64,000 nucleotides of DNA. It comes from a virus. A program made the position numbers and the translations under genes. Below are positions 44,554 through 53,584 of this stretch, one piece after another. Positions within the stretch are counted from its first letter, which is position 1. Each line of letters opens with the position of its first letter. A model generated the notes under the pieces. The model was given only the letters and a program-made list of their open reading frames with translations, was not told the origin of the DNA and did not search any database. The stretch spans positions 116,826 to 180,825 of the IMG/VR virus record IMGVR_UViG_3300009008_000005. One strand, written 5' to 3'.

Positions 44554-46256
44554 TGTTTGAATCCTCTGGGTTTCTTAGCCGGGGCTATCCCAGGTCTCTT
44601 GAACCCAGGCTTATCCGGATACTTGTAGCGCCACTCGCCTGTAGCCGGATCCCGCCACTTCCTTTCGTACTTATGCATTCGCTTCGGGCTAGGCAGAGCC
44701 AATACACCCTTGCGTAGTTGCTTGTTGAGAATGTGCTTCCTCTTCGCCACGTCATAGATCCACTGGTCCACTGTGGCCTTAGGCTTACCGAAGAACTTCT
44801 TCGGATAGACTGACTGGTACCTGTAGACCTCTACCTTCCTGGCCTCTTGCGGGCGATGAGCCTGCCCCTTCATGCGGACGGCCCTTGCCTCAGCCTGGAG
44901 GATCCTCTCAGGGTTCCAATGACCATCCATGGAGAAGAAGCCTGTAGCATTCTTCAGGTCTAATCCCTCTGCACCTGCTCCGGAGATGAGGAGGATCTTC
45001 GACTTCCCGGCCTGGAAGTCCTTCACTGCCTTGGCCCTAGCCTTATGGCTTGAGACCTGACCTCCCACCTCTCTTCCAGACCCTGCGAACACACCGAACT
45101 TCAGACCCTTCTGCTTGAGGGCCTCAGCGGCTACGTCGAGTCCACCCGTGATCAGGTTGCTGTAGATCACAACCTTCCCATCCGGAGTCCGCTGCATATG
45201 GTCGTCCAGGTCCGCCATCATCTTCTGGACCTTGGGAGTCTGCTGGGCAGCAGTTCTCTTGGTGATCTTAGGGTTGATGGCGGAGAGATCGTTCATTGCA
45301 CGGCGGGCGTGGATGATCCTACCGAAGACATGCTGGAGCTGCTTCGGGGTGAGGTCTGTCTTCCTCTGCGCTACAATGTCGGAGAGCGGCCCAAGCTGAC
45401 GCATCACGTAGTCGTAATACATCCTCTGCTCTTTGGACATCGGGACCTTGACGGTCTTCACATCCTTCTTCGGGAACAGGTCCTTGATGGACTCCTTGGG
45501 CTGGTAGTCCACCACAGGCTTAATGTAGGCAGCGGCCTCAGGCCTACGGACCATCGTCACCTGCTTCTTCTTTCCACCGAAGAAGCTGGGTGTGTATCCC
45601 GTCTGCCGCATGTACCGACGCTTGAATCGGGATGCTCCCATGAACTGCCCGTTCGTGGCGATGTTCACGAGGGTTCCGATCTCAGCTGGGTTGTTGTTCA
45701 CCGGAGAGGCTGTCATCCCAATGAAGTTTCGAGCGTACTGTCTTGCACCCAGAGCTGCCTGGTGGATCTTCGCACGCTCGTTGCGGACCTTGTGGAACTC
45801 ATCGAAGAGTAGGGTATCGGCCCCGGCCCTCTTCAGGATACCAACAGGATCCTTCAGGAACATCTCGTAGGAGATGATGGTGTAGTCCTTACCGGGCTGA
45901 ATGCTGTCGAGGTACACGATCTCATCTTTGTCGCTCTTCCTAGACTCACTCTTAGACCCAATGATCTGGAAGCTGGCTGTGGTGAACTTCTTCACCCCAC
46001 CGTGGGCAAAGTTCGACTTCAGTCCAGAGGGGACTACTACGACAGCTCGCTTTGCCATACCCTTCGCCTTGGCGGCTTCCACGGAGAATAAAGCTGTAGC
46101 TGTCTTCCCGGTACCTGTGGCATGTGCGAGGATGAGCTGGCCAGAGTTCGTGAACTTGTCTACAGCCTTCTGCTGATGGGGATAGGGCTGGAACTTTGGA
46201 CGTAGCTCCGCTGTCTTCAGGAGACTACGTAGGAACATGTTTACAGAGTCGTCCAC
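44397..46256 (-). CDS. SNF2-family (SF2) helicase/ATPase (619 aa)
   Basis: HATGTGKT, FDEFH, MTASP, GAGAEGLDL, WNP...QAEARAVR. Confidence 0.9.
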   Translation of the reverse strand: MDDSVNMFLRSLLKTAELRPKFQPYPHQQKAVDKFTNSGQLILAHATGTGKTATALFSVEAAKAKGMAKRAVVVVPSGLKSNFAHGGVKKFTTASFQIIGSKSESRKSDKDEIVYLDSIQPGKDYTIISYEMFLKDPVGILKRAGADTLLFDEFHKVRNERAKIHQAALGARQYARNFIGMTASPVNNNPAEIGTLVNIATNGQFMGASRFKRRYMRQTGYTPSFFGGKKKQVTMVRRPEAAAYIKPVVDYQPKESIKDLFPKKDVKTVKVPMSKEQRMYYDYVMRQLGPLSDIVAQRKTDLTPKQLQHVFGRIIHARRAMNDLSAINPKITKRTAAQQTPKVQKMMADLDDHMQRTPDGKVVIYSNLITGGLDVAAEALKQKGLKFGVFAGSGREVGGQVSSHKARAKAVKDFQAGKSKILLISGAGAEGLDLKNATGFFSMDGHWNPERILQAEARAVRMKGQAHRPQEARKVEVYRYQSVYPKKFFGKPKATVDQWIYDVAKRKHILNKQLRKGVLALPSPKRMHKYERKWRDPATGEWRYKYPDKPGFKRPGIAPAKKPRGFKQWLKNIGSKLRRQPSSPSSPQPHQKGLVQRPQVSKSRVPGPVPKPRPHPYQT

Positions 46257-46613
46257 TTAGGACTTGTCCTTCTTGAGAAGCTTCGCAGCCCCTATTCCAC
46301 CACCAGCGGCTAAGGCCCCAGCTCCACCCCAAGCACCAACACCTTCAGCTATACCTCGCTTTTTTTTCTTCTTCAGTGCCGTTTGTATTGCTGACCGGGC
46401 CTCACCAAAGGTCGGCATGCCGTGACCTTCTGGGATAAAGTCCTCAAAATCCCGCTGCCTCAATCCACCTAGACGTGTAGCGTCTTCCATCTGGTTGATA
46501 GAGACTAAGTTTTCGGTACCCTTTAGCGCACCAAGACCCTTCTTTGCCTGCCTGTACTTCTTCAATTTGAAGGCGTCCATGACCCTACCGGCTAACTTCA
46601 CGTAGTCTGCCAT
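46257..46613 (-). CDS. small basic cassette protein, copy Y (118 aa)
   Basis: MADYVKLAGRVMDAFKL...GAWGGAGALAAGGGIGAAKLLKK. Confidence 0.75.
   Translation of the reverse strand: MADYVKLAGRVMDAFKLKKYRQAKKGLGALKGTENLVSINQMEDATRLGGLRQRDFEDFIPEGHGMPTFGEARSAIQTALKKKKKRGIAEGVGAWGGAGALAAGGGIGAAKLLKKDKS
46270..46335. repeat. repeat B copy 1 (66 nt, identical to 46662-46727)
   Basis: direct comparison; encodes AWGGAGALAAGGGIGAAKLLK. Confidence 0.9.
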
Positions 46614-46669
46614 AGCTATACCCTTAGCTTGTCTTTGATTATGGTAGCTCGCTTCTCGTCTTTCTTGAG
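46562..46669. repeat. repeat A copy 1 (108 nt, 4 mismatches to 47032-47139)
   Basis: spans a stop-start junction: KKDEKRATIIKDKLR(V/I)-stop-M(A/T)DYVKLAGRVMDAFKL. Confidence 0.9.
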
Positions 46670-47083
46670 AAGCTTCGCAGCCCCTATTCCACCACCAGCG
46701 GCTAAGGCCCCAGCTCCACCCCAAGCAGCAGCTCCTTCTGCGGCTCCACGCCTACGGTCCTTGCGGAGAACATCCTCGGTCGGACCTGTAAGCCAGTCGT
46801 CAGCTCCTTCCATCTTCTTGACATCCAGCTTCTTAGGCTTGAACTCGTGAGGTTTCATGGAATCGACACGGAACTTGGTCTCCTTCCCACCCTTGGTGAC
46901 TGATCCCCGACCAGTGCCACCCGCATCCCGTATAGCCTTCTCTATACTAGAGGAGTCTAAGGCATTATCTAAGCTAGAGGCCTTCAAGTCCTTCAAGCCC
47001 TTCAAGCCCTTATGGGCCTTGCGGAACTTAGTCAATTTGAAGGCGTCCATGACCCTACCGGCTAGCTTCACGTAGTCTGTCAT
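46616..47083 (-). CDS. small basic cassette protein, copy X (155 aa)
   Basis: same N- and C-terminal blocks as 46257-46613 with an unrelated middle. Confidence 0.75.
   Translation of the reverse strand: MTDYVKLAGRVMDAFKLTKFRKAHKGLKGLKDLKASSLDNALDSSSIEKAIRDAGGTGRGSVTKGGKETKFRVDSMKPHEFKPKKLDVKKMEGADDWLTGPTEDVLRKDRRRGAAEGAAAWGGAGALAAGGGIGAAKLLKKDEKRATIIKDKLRV
46662..46727. repeat. repeat B copy 2
   Basis: identical to 46270-46335; overlaps repeat A copy 1 by 8 nt. Confidence 0.9.
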
Positions 47084-47139
47084 AACTATATCCTTAGCTT
47101 GTCTTTGATTATGGTAGCTCGCTTCTCGTCTTTCTTGAG
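47032..47139. repeat. repeat A copy 2
   Basis: matches 46562-46669. Confidence 0.9.
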
Positions 47140-48639
47140 CTGGGGCTTCTTAGGACCAGATACTAAAGACAATCTGGCGTGTGGGAATCTCCCACGCATC
47201 TCAGCCTGAGTTTCCAGGAAGGCCTTGTTTAGAGCAGCATCCTGGGCAGAGCTGGTCTTCTTCTTGTGCCTCTTCCGTAAACCTAAACCAGCCCCAAGGG
47301 AACCAACTCCTATAGCTGTACCGCCCCAAGCCTTACCACCAGCTTCACGAATCCGCTTAGCCTCATTCTTATGATAGTCCGAAGCATCCCTAACCCTGCG
47401 CAGTTTACTAGTTATCATGCTCTGCTGTTTTTTGAGCTTCGGAAGTTCCCGGCGTCCTACGTCTTTCCACACGCCCAGGGCAATGTCTGACAGCCCCTTG
47501 TAGTGATCCCTTAGCCTAGGGCTAATACCTTCCGTGCGAGATTTTTTATGATAACCACTAGCATCTTTGTAGGCCTGATCCCACCTTCTCCTGGCGGTGT
47601 CTAGCCTAAGACTAATATCGCTGAGGTCTCCCTTACCGTGTATGTCGTGCCACAGCTTAGTTTCTTTGGACAAATTTTTGTGCTTCTTTAGGTCCTTGAA
47701 CCGAAGGGCATTGACATACTTCTTCGGGTACTTCAAAAGAGCATTTTTATAACCACCTTGGGGCCTTTCAAGCTCCAGCAGTAAATTAGCCATATTACGC
47801 ATCCTAGGGCCCAGCGATCTTGCCGAAGTCTTTACCTTGGGTTGCTTCTTCTTCAGAGCGTCCAAGACCTTATCAGTGATGCCACCTAGAACTGCAGCTC
47901 CCAAGGCACCAGTAGTAGCTCTGCTCACACCCTTCGGGACATACTTCGAGGGCTGCTTCAAGAGAACCTTCCAAGGAACCTTAGCTCCCTTCGGGCCCCT
48001 GCTACGTAGCAAGGCCTCATGGGAACCTTTGTAGGCCCCGCCTAACATTCCACCTGCAACTGCAGCGGGAAGTACCTTCAGGGTAGAGGGCTTCTCTCCC
48101 TTAGCCTTGGCCTCTCGCTTCGTCTTGATTCCCTTCGCAATCCCGGCAGCTGTGATAGCACTAGAAGCTAGACCTGGAATAGCCCTGCTCTTGAACCCCT
48201 TGGTGAGGTTCTGGATGAGGGCTCCCTTGTTCATCTTCACACCCTTCTGCAAGGACTCGATGGGTAGCTCCACGCCGCCCTTCAGCCCTTGGAAGGCAAC
48301 ACCGGACCCAAGGATCTTTCCCATACCCTTGGCTTTGTCTTTGCTCGTGTCCCCTTGCATATCCTTGATGCCACTAGCGAACACGGGGAAGGTAACCATC
48401 CCGGCGATACCGCCTGCAGCCCTACCAGCTCCACGGCCCTTCACAGCCTTGACCACTCTGGCCTTATTGATCCCTTGCTTGAAGGGCTGTCCCTTGAACT
48501 TGTTCCGTACTCCCTTCTCTACTACGTCGTCAATCACACCCTTAGGGAAATCAGAGATGAGCGCCTTGGTCCCGACCGCACCGGCTGTGATTCCGGCTGC
48601 ACGTAGACGGCGCTTCCACTTATCTTTGCGCTCACTCAT
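47086..48639 (-). CDS. very basic protein with several glycine-rich hydrophobic segments (517 aa)
   Basis: ITAGAVG, AAGGIAG, AVAGGMLGG, ALGAAVLGG, AWGGTAIGVGSLGAGLG; KTSA and KTSS. Confidence 0.75.
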   Translation of the reverse strand: MSERKDKWKRRLRAAGITAGAVGTKALISDFPKGVIDDVVEKGVRNKFKGQPFKQGINKARVVKAVKGRGAGRAAGGIAGMVTFPVFASGIKDMQGDTSKDKAKGMGKILGSGVAFQGLKGGVELPIESLQKGVKMNKGALIQNLTKGFKSRAIPGLASSAITAAGIAKGIKTKREAKAKGEKPSTLKVLPAAVAGGMLGGAYKGSHEALLRSRGPKGAKVPWKVLLKQPSKYVPKGVSRATTGALGAAVLGGITDKVLDALKKKQPKVKTSARSLGPRMRNMANLLLELERPQGGYKNALLKYPKKYVNALRFKDLKKHKNLSKETKLWHDIHGKGDLSDISLRLDTARRRWDQAYKDASGYHKKSRTEGISPRLRDHYKGLSDIALGVWKDVGRRELPKLKKQQSMITSKLRRVRDASDYHKNEAKRIREAGGKAWGGTAIGVGSLGAGLGLRKRHKKKTSSAQDAALNKAFLETQAEMRGRFPHARLSLVSGPKKPQLKKDEKRATIIKDKLRI

Positions 48640-49471
48640 CTTCTTCGTCTCCGTCCGCCTCTTGCAGGAGGAACACGTTCTTACTCCGCTGCATGTCCAG
48701 GACTGAGCCAACAGGCTCGGATTGAGAGCTGATCACGAGGGTCTGCAATAATTCTACTGCCTGGTTCAACCCAGTGGACTGCTTGGTGTGCAGCTCGAAG
48801 GACCTGAAAGCAATGTTGGACCAGACCCTAGCTGCCTGTGTGGCTACAGGATTATCCATCCCCTTGCTCAAACTCTTCATGCGAACCATGGACTCCTGCA
48901 GTAGCTCCAGCATGAAGTCATCGGGGGATAGATCTACTTCCTCACCGATTCTGGCGAGGGCTACATTAGAATCCTTAGCTATGTAGACTCCCCACAGCAG
49001 ATCACCCGGATCATAGTCCTCCAGGAACGAACGCCAATCGTCCATGGACATCACGTCGATATTCCAGAAGTAGTGCCTGAAGTACGGAATGGTCGTTGCA
49101 TCCAGAATCTTGCCTGTGTGCTTAGCTAGGATCTGGGCGATGTTCTCTGGAGCTACGTTCCCTAAAAGCATAGCTTCGACCTTCGTACGCATATCGTAGG
49201 ACTGGAAGATCTCGAAGGCCTCGGTTACACCCAGAGGTTTATCGAATAAGTTCAGTACCTTGTGATCGGCTAACCACTTTGCACAGTGGTCTGCAGCCGG
49301 GTCAAAAGGACGAGGTCTGGAAGCACGGATAGTGGTGCGGAGTGATTCAAGATACAGATCAGTCGGTGCGGGATACCTGCGGAGGGTGACTAGATCACGT
49401 ACCTCTTCATTGGAGAACTGCGGCTCCAAGGAGAGTAGATAGAAGATCCAGTGTTCACAAGGGAAACGCAC
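48632..49471 (-). CDS. hypothetical protein (279 aa)
   Basis: GTG start; long ORF with ordinary globular composition. Confidence 0.7.
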   Translation of the reverse strand: MRFPCEHWIFYLLSLEPQFSNEEVRDLVTLRRYPAPTDLYLESLRTTIRASRPRPFDPAADHCAKWLADHKVLNLFDKPLGVTEAFEIFQSYDMRTKVEAMLLGNVAPENIAQILAKHTGKILDATTIPYFRHYFWNIDVMSMDDWRSFLEDYDPGDLLWGVYIAKDSNVALARIGEEVDLSPDDFMLELLQESMVRMKSLSKGMDNPVATQAARVWSNIAFRSFELHTKQSTGLNQAVELLQTLVISSQSEPVGSVLDMQRSKNVFLLQEADGDEEDE

Positions 49472-49474
49472 ACT
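49382..49474. repeat. repeat C copy 1 (93 nt; 8 mismatches to 49715-49807)
   Basis: first 30 codons of the 279-aa gene; codon-by-codon comparison shows all 8 differences are synonymous. Confidence 0.9.
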
Positions 49475-49698
49475 CAGCTTCCTTTGCGGGCTTCATTGTA
49501 TCTTTGAAGTGCTACCTCTAGCCGCCTTCGATCGCTGATGCGTTTTACCCCTAGGCCATCAGGAATCTTTCCCTCAGGAGGATCCTTGAAGAACTTCCGG
49601 CCCCCGGGGAACTTTCTCTTAGCTATCTCGCCCATCTCAATCCAAGGCTTTATCCGACGTGCGGCAATTTTCTCTAATGCCCAACGTAGTGAACCCAT
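49474..49698 (-). CDS. small basic cassette protein (74 aa)
   Basis: AGGAAGGAG SD; MGSLRWALEKIAARR. Confidence 0.65.
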   Translation of the reverse strand: MGSLRWALEKIAARRIKPWIEMGEIAKRKFPGGRKFFKDPPEGKIPDGLGVKRISDRRRLEVALQRYNEARKGS

Positions 49699-49804
49699 TT
49701 TTTCTCCTTCCTGTGAGGGTGACTAGATCACGTACCTCTTCGTTGGAGAACTGTGGCTCCAAGGAGAGAAGGTAAAAGATCCAGTGTTCGCAAGGAAATC
49801 GCAC
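49637..49804 (-). pseudogene. truncated duplicate of the 279-aa gene N-terminus (30 shared codons, then a 25-aa unrelated tail)
   Basis: VRFPCEHWIFYLLSLEPQFSNEEVRDLVTL runs into repeat D in another frame and stops at TGA. Confidence 0.65.
49655..49712. repeat. repeat D copy 1 (58 nt; matches 50191-50248)
   Basis: contains the SD and M(G/S)SLRWALEKIAARR start. Confidence 0.88.
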
Positions 49805-49807
49805 ACT
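49715..49807. repeat. repeat C copy 2
   Basis: matches 49382-49474. Confidence 0.9.
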
Positions 49808-50234
49808 ACTTGCCCTTCCGTAGAATCCTACTGACTGCCTTACCCCCGCTACGGCGCAGTTCGTCTAGGCGTCCAGTATTGTACATCCTCTGCTGGGTAC
49901 GGCCCTTCAAATTCAGAGGCACATCGCCTCGAACATCGTTCATCTCGTGTATCGCTCTCTTCAAGTTCTCTCGTTGATTCCGCACCTTACCCGCCTTCTC
50001 AGCAGCTTCCATCTTCTTGTAAAGCAGACCGTGACCCTTCACTTCCTTGGCGACAGCACGACCATCCATATCGTCAGGGCTCAGTGACTCGATGTTCCAC
50101 TTCAGGTTGATATGCTTATCTCCATAACGGCGGAAATCCCCTCGTTTGAGACGGGACTTCAGCTCCTCGGCCTCTGCAGCTGGTGACGTCCGACGAGCGG
50201 CGATCTTCTCTAATGCCCAACGTAGTGAACTCAT
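49806..50234 (-). CDS. small basic cassette protein (142 aa)
   Basis: AGGAAGGAG SD; MSSLRWALEKIAARR. Confidence 0.7.
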   Translation of the reverse strand: MSSLRWALEKIAARRTSPAAEAEELKSRLKRGDFRRYGDKHINLKWNIESLSPDDMDGRAVAKEVKGHGLLYKKMEAAEKAGKVRNQRENLKRAIHEMNDVRGDVPLNLKGRTQQRMYNTGRLDELRRSGGKAVSRILRKGK

Positions 50235-50248
50235 TTTTTCTCCTTCCT
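50191..50248. repeat. repeat D copy 2
   Basis: matches 49655-49712. Confidence 0.88.
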
Positions 50249-50398
50249 GGGAGGGAACACCTTCTGCCAACCAGGTCCCCAGTCAGAGATGTCGTACTTG
50301 TGGGAGAACTCTTCTGGAGTAAGACCTCGACGGGTCGGGGTCTTCTTCTTGCACTTACCCTCTTTCAAGAGGTCTGCTGCGAGTTTCAAACGTCCCAT
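50231..50398 (-). CDS. small basic protein below the ORF-track cutoff (55 aa)
   Basis: MGRLKLAADLLKEGKCKKK...PPRKEKK; GAGG SD; ATGA overlap with the next gene. Confidence 0.5.
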   Translation of the reverse strand: MGRLKLAADLLKEGKCKKKTPTRRGLTPEEFSHKYDISDWGPGWQKVFPPRKEKK

Positions 50399-50406
50399 AC
50401 AATCCC

Positions 50407-52404
50407 TCACACCGGGGTCTCGGTTTCCTTATTACGCAAGCGGAGCAGCTCAAGACCTGCCGTCACAGCCTCAAGAGAGTTGATCGATTGCCCCGCCGCA
50501 GACTCCGGTACATCAGAGAGGCCTAGCTGGATACCCAGGTACAGCTCACACAACTTACTCAGAGCTTCTTCCACGAGGGGGAGCGCATCCACGAAGGAGG
50601 CTACGTTCTCCGGAGTTACGAAGTTCAGACCCAGGATTGCATCTACACTCTTCTCATCAGGTACCACCATGGCGCACTTCACGAGCTGGAGGCCCTGGCG
50701 CACAGGGAACTTATCGATGAACTTAGCTGCAGCCTGCTTCGAGAACTCCCGGGTCTCCTCATACCTGTGCAGTGTGCGGTACCCGAGCATACTGGTACGC
50801 CCAAAGGTCTGAGCCTCTGCGATCTTCGCTTTGGTGACCTGGGGAGGTACACCAAGCATACCCATCACGAAGGCTACCTTGGGCTCGGAGATGAAGTCTC
50901 CCTCGTCGCCCAGCGCATCCACGGGAGCACCAGAGATGGAGAACTCCCCATCGTTGTGGACTAGGTCGACCTTCTGTTCCCAGGTGGCAGCGTTGGCCAG
51001 CTTGGTTGCAAGCTCAGCTTCGTTGCAGAAGTTCTGGGGCTCACCAAGCTTGATGAATCGTGTAAGGGTTTTGGGGTGGATCACGTAGTCGCCAGCACCC
51101 AGCTTCGCCAGTCCGGGGGACTCCGGAATCTGGGAGGAAATCTTCATGCGTCCACGCTCTGTGGGCGTCTCGAAGACTGCGTAGGTAGCTCCTGCACTCT
51201 TCTCATAGAACTCGATGTCCACAGGCATCGTTGCTGCGCCACTGGTCTTCACGAAGAATCCGGTTCCTCTCGGCAGGTCTTGCCATGGCTCCTGAGCAAG
51301 GCTGCTGTGGAGTGAGGAGGCCGGTGTACCTACAGGGGTCTCCATGTAGGAGTATCCGCTGGCTGTCTTCACCAGCGAATAGTCTGTGGGAGTACCGTCG
51401 AGGGACTCTACGTCGGTGAAAACCAGCGCAGGAGAGGCTTCCTTGTTCGTGGTCTGTACATTGTAGACGCCAGCGGTCTTGATGTAGTCAGGGGAAGCAT
51501 CTTCCGTGTAGATGGGGAGGGTCTTGGCCCGAACCACATATCCCTTAGCATCAGCCTCCTTCCGAAGGTTAGCTGGGATCACATCCTCGGCCCCGTTGAC
51601 CAACTCCTTACTGTCGTTCGCATAAGCATGGCAGCAACCGGAAGTGAAGTTGTACCCATTGGCTGTCTTCTCGATGAGGATGGAGTCGACAGGCATCTCC
51701 TTCATGACATCTTGGTGGATCTGAGCAGCGGTCTTAGATTTCGCATCCAGGAAGGAATCGATAGCTCCACGGAAGGCATCGTTATGCTCCAGACCGTGGA
51801 CCAGCTCGGGATCATCTACAAGGGCGTGGGCGAAAGCCTTCTTCACCTTGGGAGATACTGTCTGTCCCAGCATGGCGCAGATGGGGTACTTCGACGAGGC
51901 CATCTTGGTGGACAAGTCGTAGGGCATCATCAGCCCACCGGTCTGGGCAGGGCCCGAATTCATCATGGGAGAAGGTACAGAGGAAGCCTCGAACGTAGTC
52001 GGAGAGAAGAGGATAGATTGCATCCGCCTCTGCGATAGTGGATACGCCTTCCCGTTACTCGGGTCCACGAATACGTTGACGGGCTTCAACTTCTTCTTAG
52101 CCACCACGAAAGGAACCCGAAGAGACTTCTCCGGAGGTGCCGGGGTATTCGGGGTCATCTCAGGTGAACCAAGAGGTGCACTAGGGGCAGGGTAAACCTT
52201 GAAGAACCCATACCCGTAACCCAGCTTCTCGTCATGTCCGAGCACGGACACATCGATCTGATAGTTACCCAGGTATGGAGCCTTCTCCAGAAGGGCAGTC
52301 ATAAGTTCCTGAGACCACTTCGAGATGTCGTCACTCAAGGTGGTCAGAGGTGCTGCTTCCTTCTGCATTTCAGGCGGGCTGGAAAGGAAAAGTGGGTGGC
52401 TCAT
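50407..52404 (-). CDS. large K-x-A motif putative internal virion protein (665 aa)
   Basis: AGGAG SD; about 11 K-x-A/S motifs (KEAA, KMAS, KTAA, KTAN, KTAG, KTAS, KTSG, KSAG, KLAN, KQAA, KCAM). Confidence 0.75.
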   Translation of the reverse strand: MSHPLFLSSPPEMQKEAAPLTTLSDDISKWSQELMTALLEKAPYLGNYQIDVSVLGHDEKLGYGYGFFKVYPAPSAPLGSPEMTPNTPAPPEKSLRVPFVVAKKKLKPVNVFVDPSNGKAYPLSQRRMQSILFSPTTFEASSVPSPMMNSGPAQTGGLMMPYDLSTKMASSKYPICAMLGQTVSPKVKKAFAHALVDDPELVHGLEHNDAFRGAIDSFLDAKSKTAAQIHQDVMKEMPVDSILIEKTANGYNFTSGCCHAYANDSKELVNGAEDVIPANLRKEADAKGYVVRAKTLPIYTEDASPDYIKTAGVYNVQTTNKEASPALVFTDVESLDGTPTDYSLVKTASGYSYMETPVGTPASSLHSSLAQEPWQDLPRGTGFFVKTSGAATMPVDIEFYEKSAGATYAVFETPTERGRMKISSQIPESPGLAKLGAGDYVIHPKTLTRFIKLGEPQNFCNEAELATKLANAATWEQKVDLVHNDGEFSISGAPVDALGDEGDFISEPKVAFVMGMLGVPPQVTKAKIAEAQTFGRTSMLGYRTLHRYEETREFSKQAAAKFIDKFPVRQGLQLVKCAMVVPDEKSVDAILGLNFVTPENVASFVDALPLVEEALSKLCELYLGIQLGLSDVPESAAGQSINSLEAVTAGLELLRLRNKETETPV

Positions 52405-52414
52405 ACCAAAGCTC

Positions 52415-53584
52415 CTATTTTGTCTTCACTGCATCTGACAATAACGACGGAGGGGGCGGAGAACACTTCGCTCCGACAGCTAGTAGGGACAAGTACGCCA
52501 TTAAAGCATTTCCCTTGACCAACGGTTCCATCGCTCCGACACCCCCCAATTTTAGTTGTGGTGCGTCGATGTTGCAAACTGACCGAGATTTTATGGACAG
52601 GGAAGAAGATGCCGCTAAGAGCAGTTGAGCCGCTTCTACAATCAGATTCCCCGCTTCGTCACCCTTGAGAGCGCCCAGGGCACCGAATTCTATGTTGAAG
52701 CCCTTAGTGAGGTGGGCATAGGCGTGTCTACCCTCCCAGTGGAGGCTACCAGTGATCTTCTGGAAGATGTTACCCAACGAGTCAATCTGGAATACGTAGG
52801 TGGCCCCTGTGTTTTCCGGGTCCACACAAATCGACAGCCGTGTGGTCTCCCTAGGCTTGTTCGTGATGTACTCTGTGGCGAGGTCCTTGGTGAAGGGCTT
52901 GTCCTTTAGGTTCCCGAACAACTCCTGCTGCTGTGCACCGAACTCCGGGTCACCCACACGCCCCGCACGCACGTTTACCGTAAGGAAATCATTCTCCACT
53001 AGGTCCTTGGTTCCCCAGTGGAGGCAGGCCGTCGTATCACCATCATCTGTCTTGATCTTCCCATGCTTCCAGACGATGTCCCCCAATAGGGACCTGCCCT
53101 CGTAGTTCTGGTAGAACTGCCTGATCAGGTTGTCCAAGGGGAAGTACATGGTTTGGGCTATAGGGGAGGCACCTACCTGTACTGTGCCTCCCTTCCGGAG
53201 GGTGACGAAAGCGCCCTTCCCATTGTACAGAGCGATGTCGCCAGGAGATAGGAGGGGCCGACCAGCTAAGTAGTCCTCTTCAGATTCCCCGTCCTTACCT
53301 GTGGACCCAGCCTTGGGTGGAGCTACCCATGAACCGATGAAAGGAGAAGTTCCGTCAGATGGGTAGAACAGATAACAGTCAGAACCCACCTCCGGGCAGA
53401 AGTCGATAGCCGTCCCGCTCTCCACGTTCAGATAGGCTGCTCCGCAGGCTAGCTCGGGTACTACCTGGGAATCTGTATCCGTGTGTACGTCTACAGTCCT
53501 GCGCCCGGGATGTACTTTCGTGACAGTACCTCGGACCATGCGGCCTGCACGACCCGAGGAAGCTCGCTTAGCCTGTCCAGACAT
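52415..53584 (-). CDS. baseplate spike/puncturing protein (gpV/gp5 OB-fold-like), 389 aa
   Basis: RGTVTKVHPGRRTVDV...PEVGSDCYL N-terminus; beta-helix-like C-terminal half; EPLVKGNAL. Confidence 0.6.
   Translation of the reverse strand: MSGQAKRASSGRAGRMVRGTVTKVHPGRRTVDVHTDTDSQVVPELACGAAYLNVESGTAIDFCPEVGSDCYLFYPSDGTSPFIGSWVAPPKAGSTGKDGESEEDYLAGRPLLSPGDIALYNGKGAFVTLRKGGTVQVGASPIAQTMYFPLDNLIRQFYQNYEGRSLLGDIVWKHGKIKTDDGDTTACLHWGTKDLVENDFLTVNVRAGRVGDPEFGAQQQELFGNLKDKPFTKDLATEYITNKPRETTRLSICVDPENTGATYVFQIDSLGNIFQKITGSLHWEGRHAYAHLTKGFNIEFGALGALKGDEAGNLIVEAAQLLLAASSSLSIKSRSVCNIDAPQLKLGGVGAMEPLVKGNALMAYLSLLAVGAKCSPPPPSLLSDAVKTK

Noticed and set aside
48632-49471. Terminase small subunit call for the 279-aa gene
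   Set aside because: Plausible by neighbourhood only; no motif supports it, so it is left hypothetical.
46257-50248. CRISPR array or diversity-generating retroelement
   Set aside because: Repeats are 58-108 nt, occur only twice and are coding. No cas or reverse transcriptase gene was seen, and mismatches are synonymous rather than adenine-specific.
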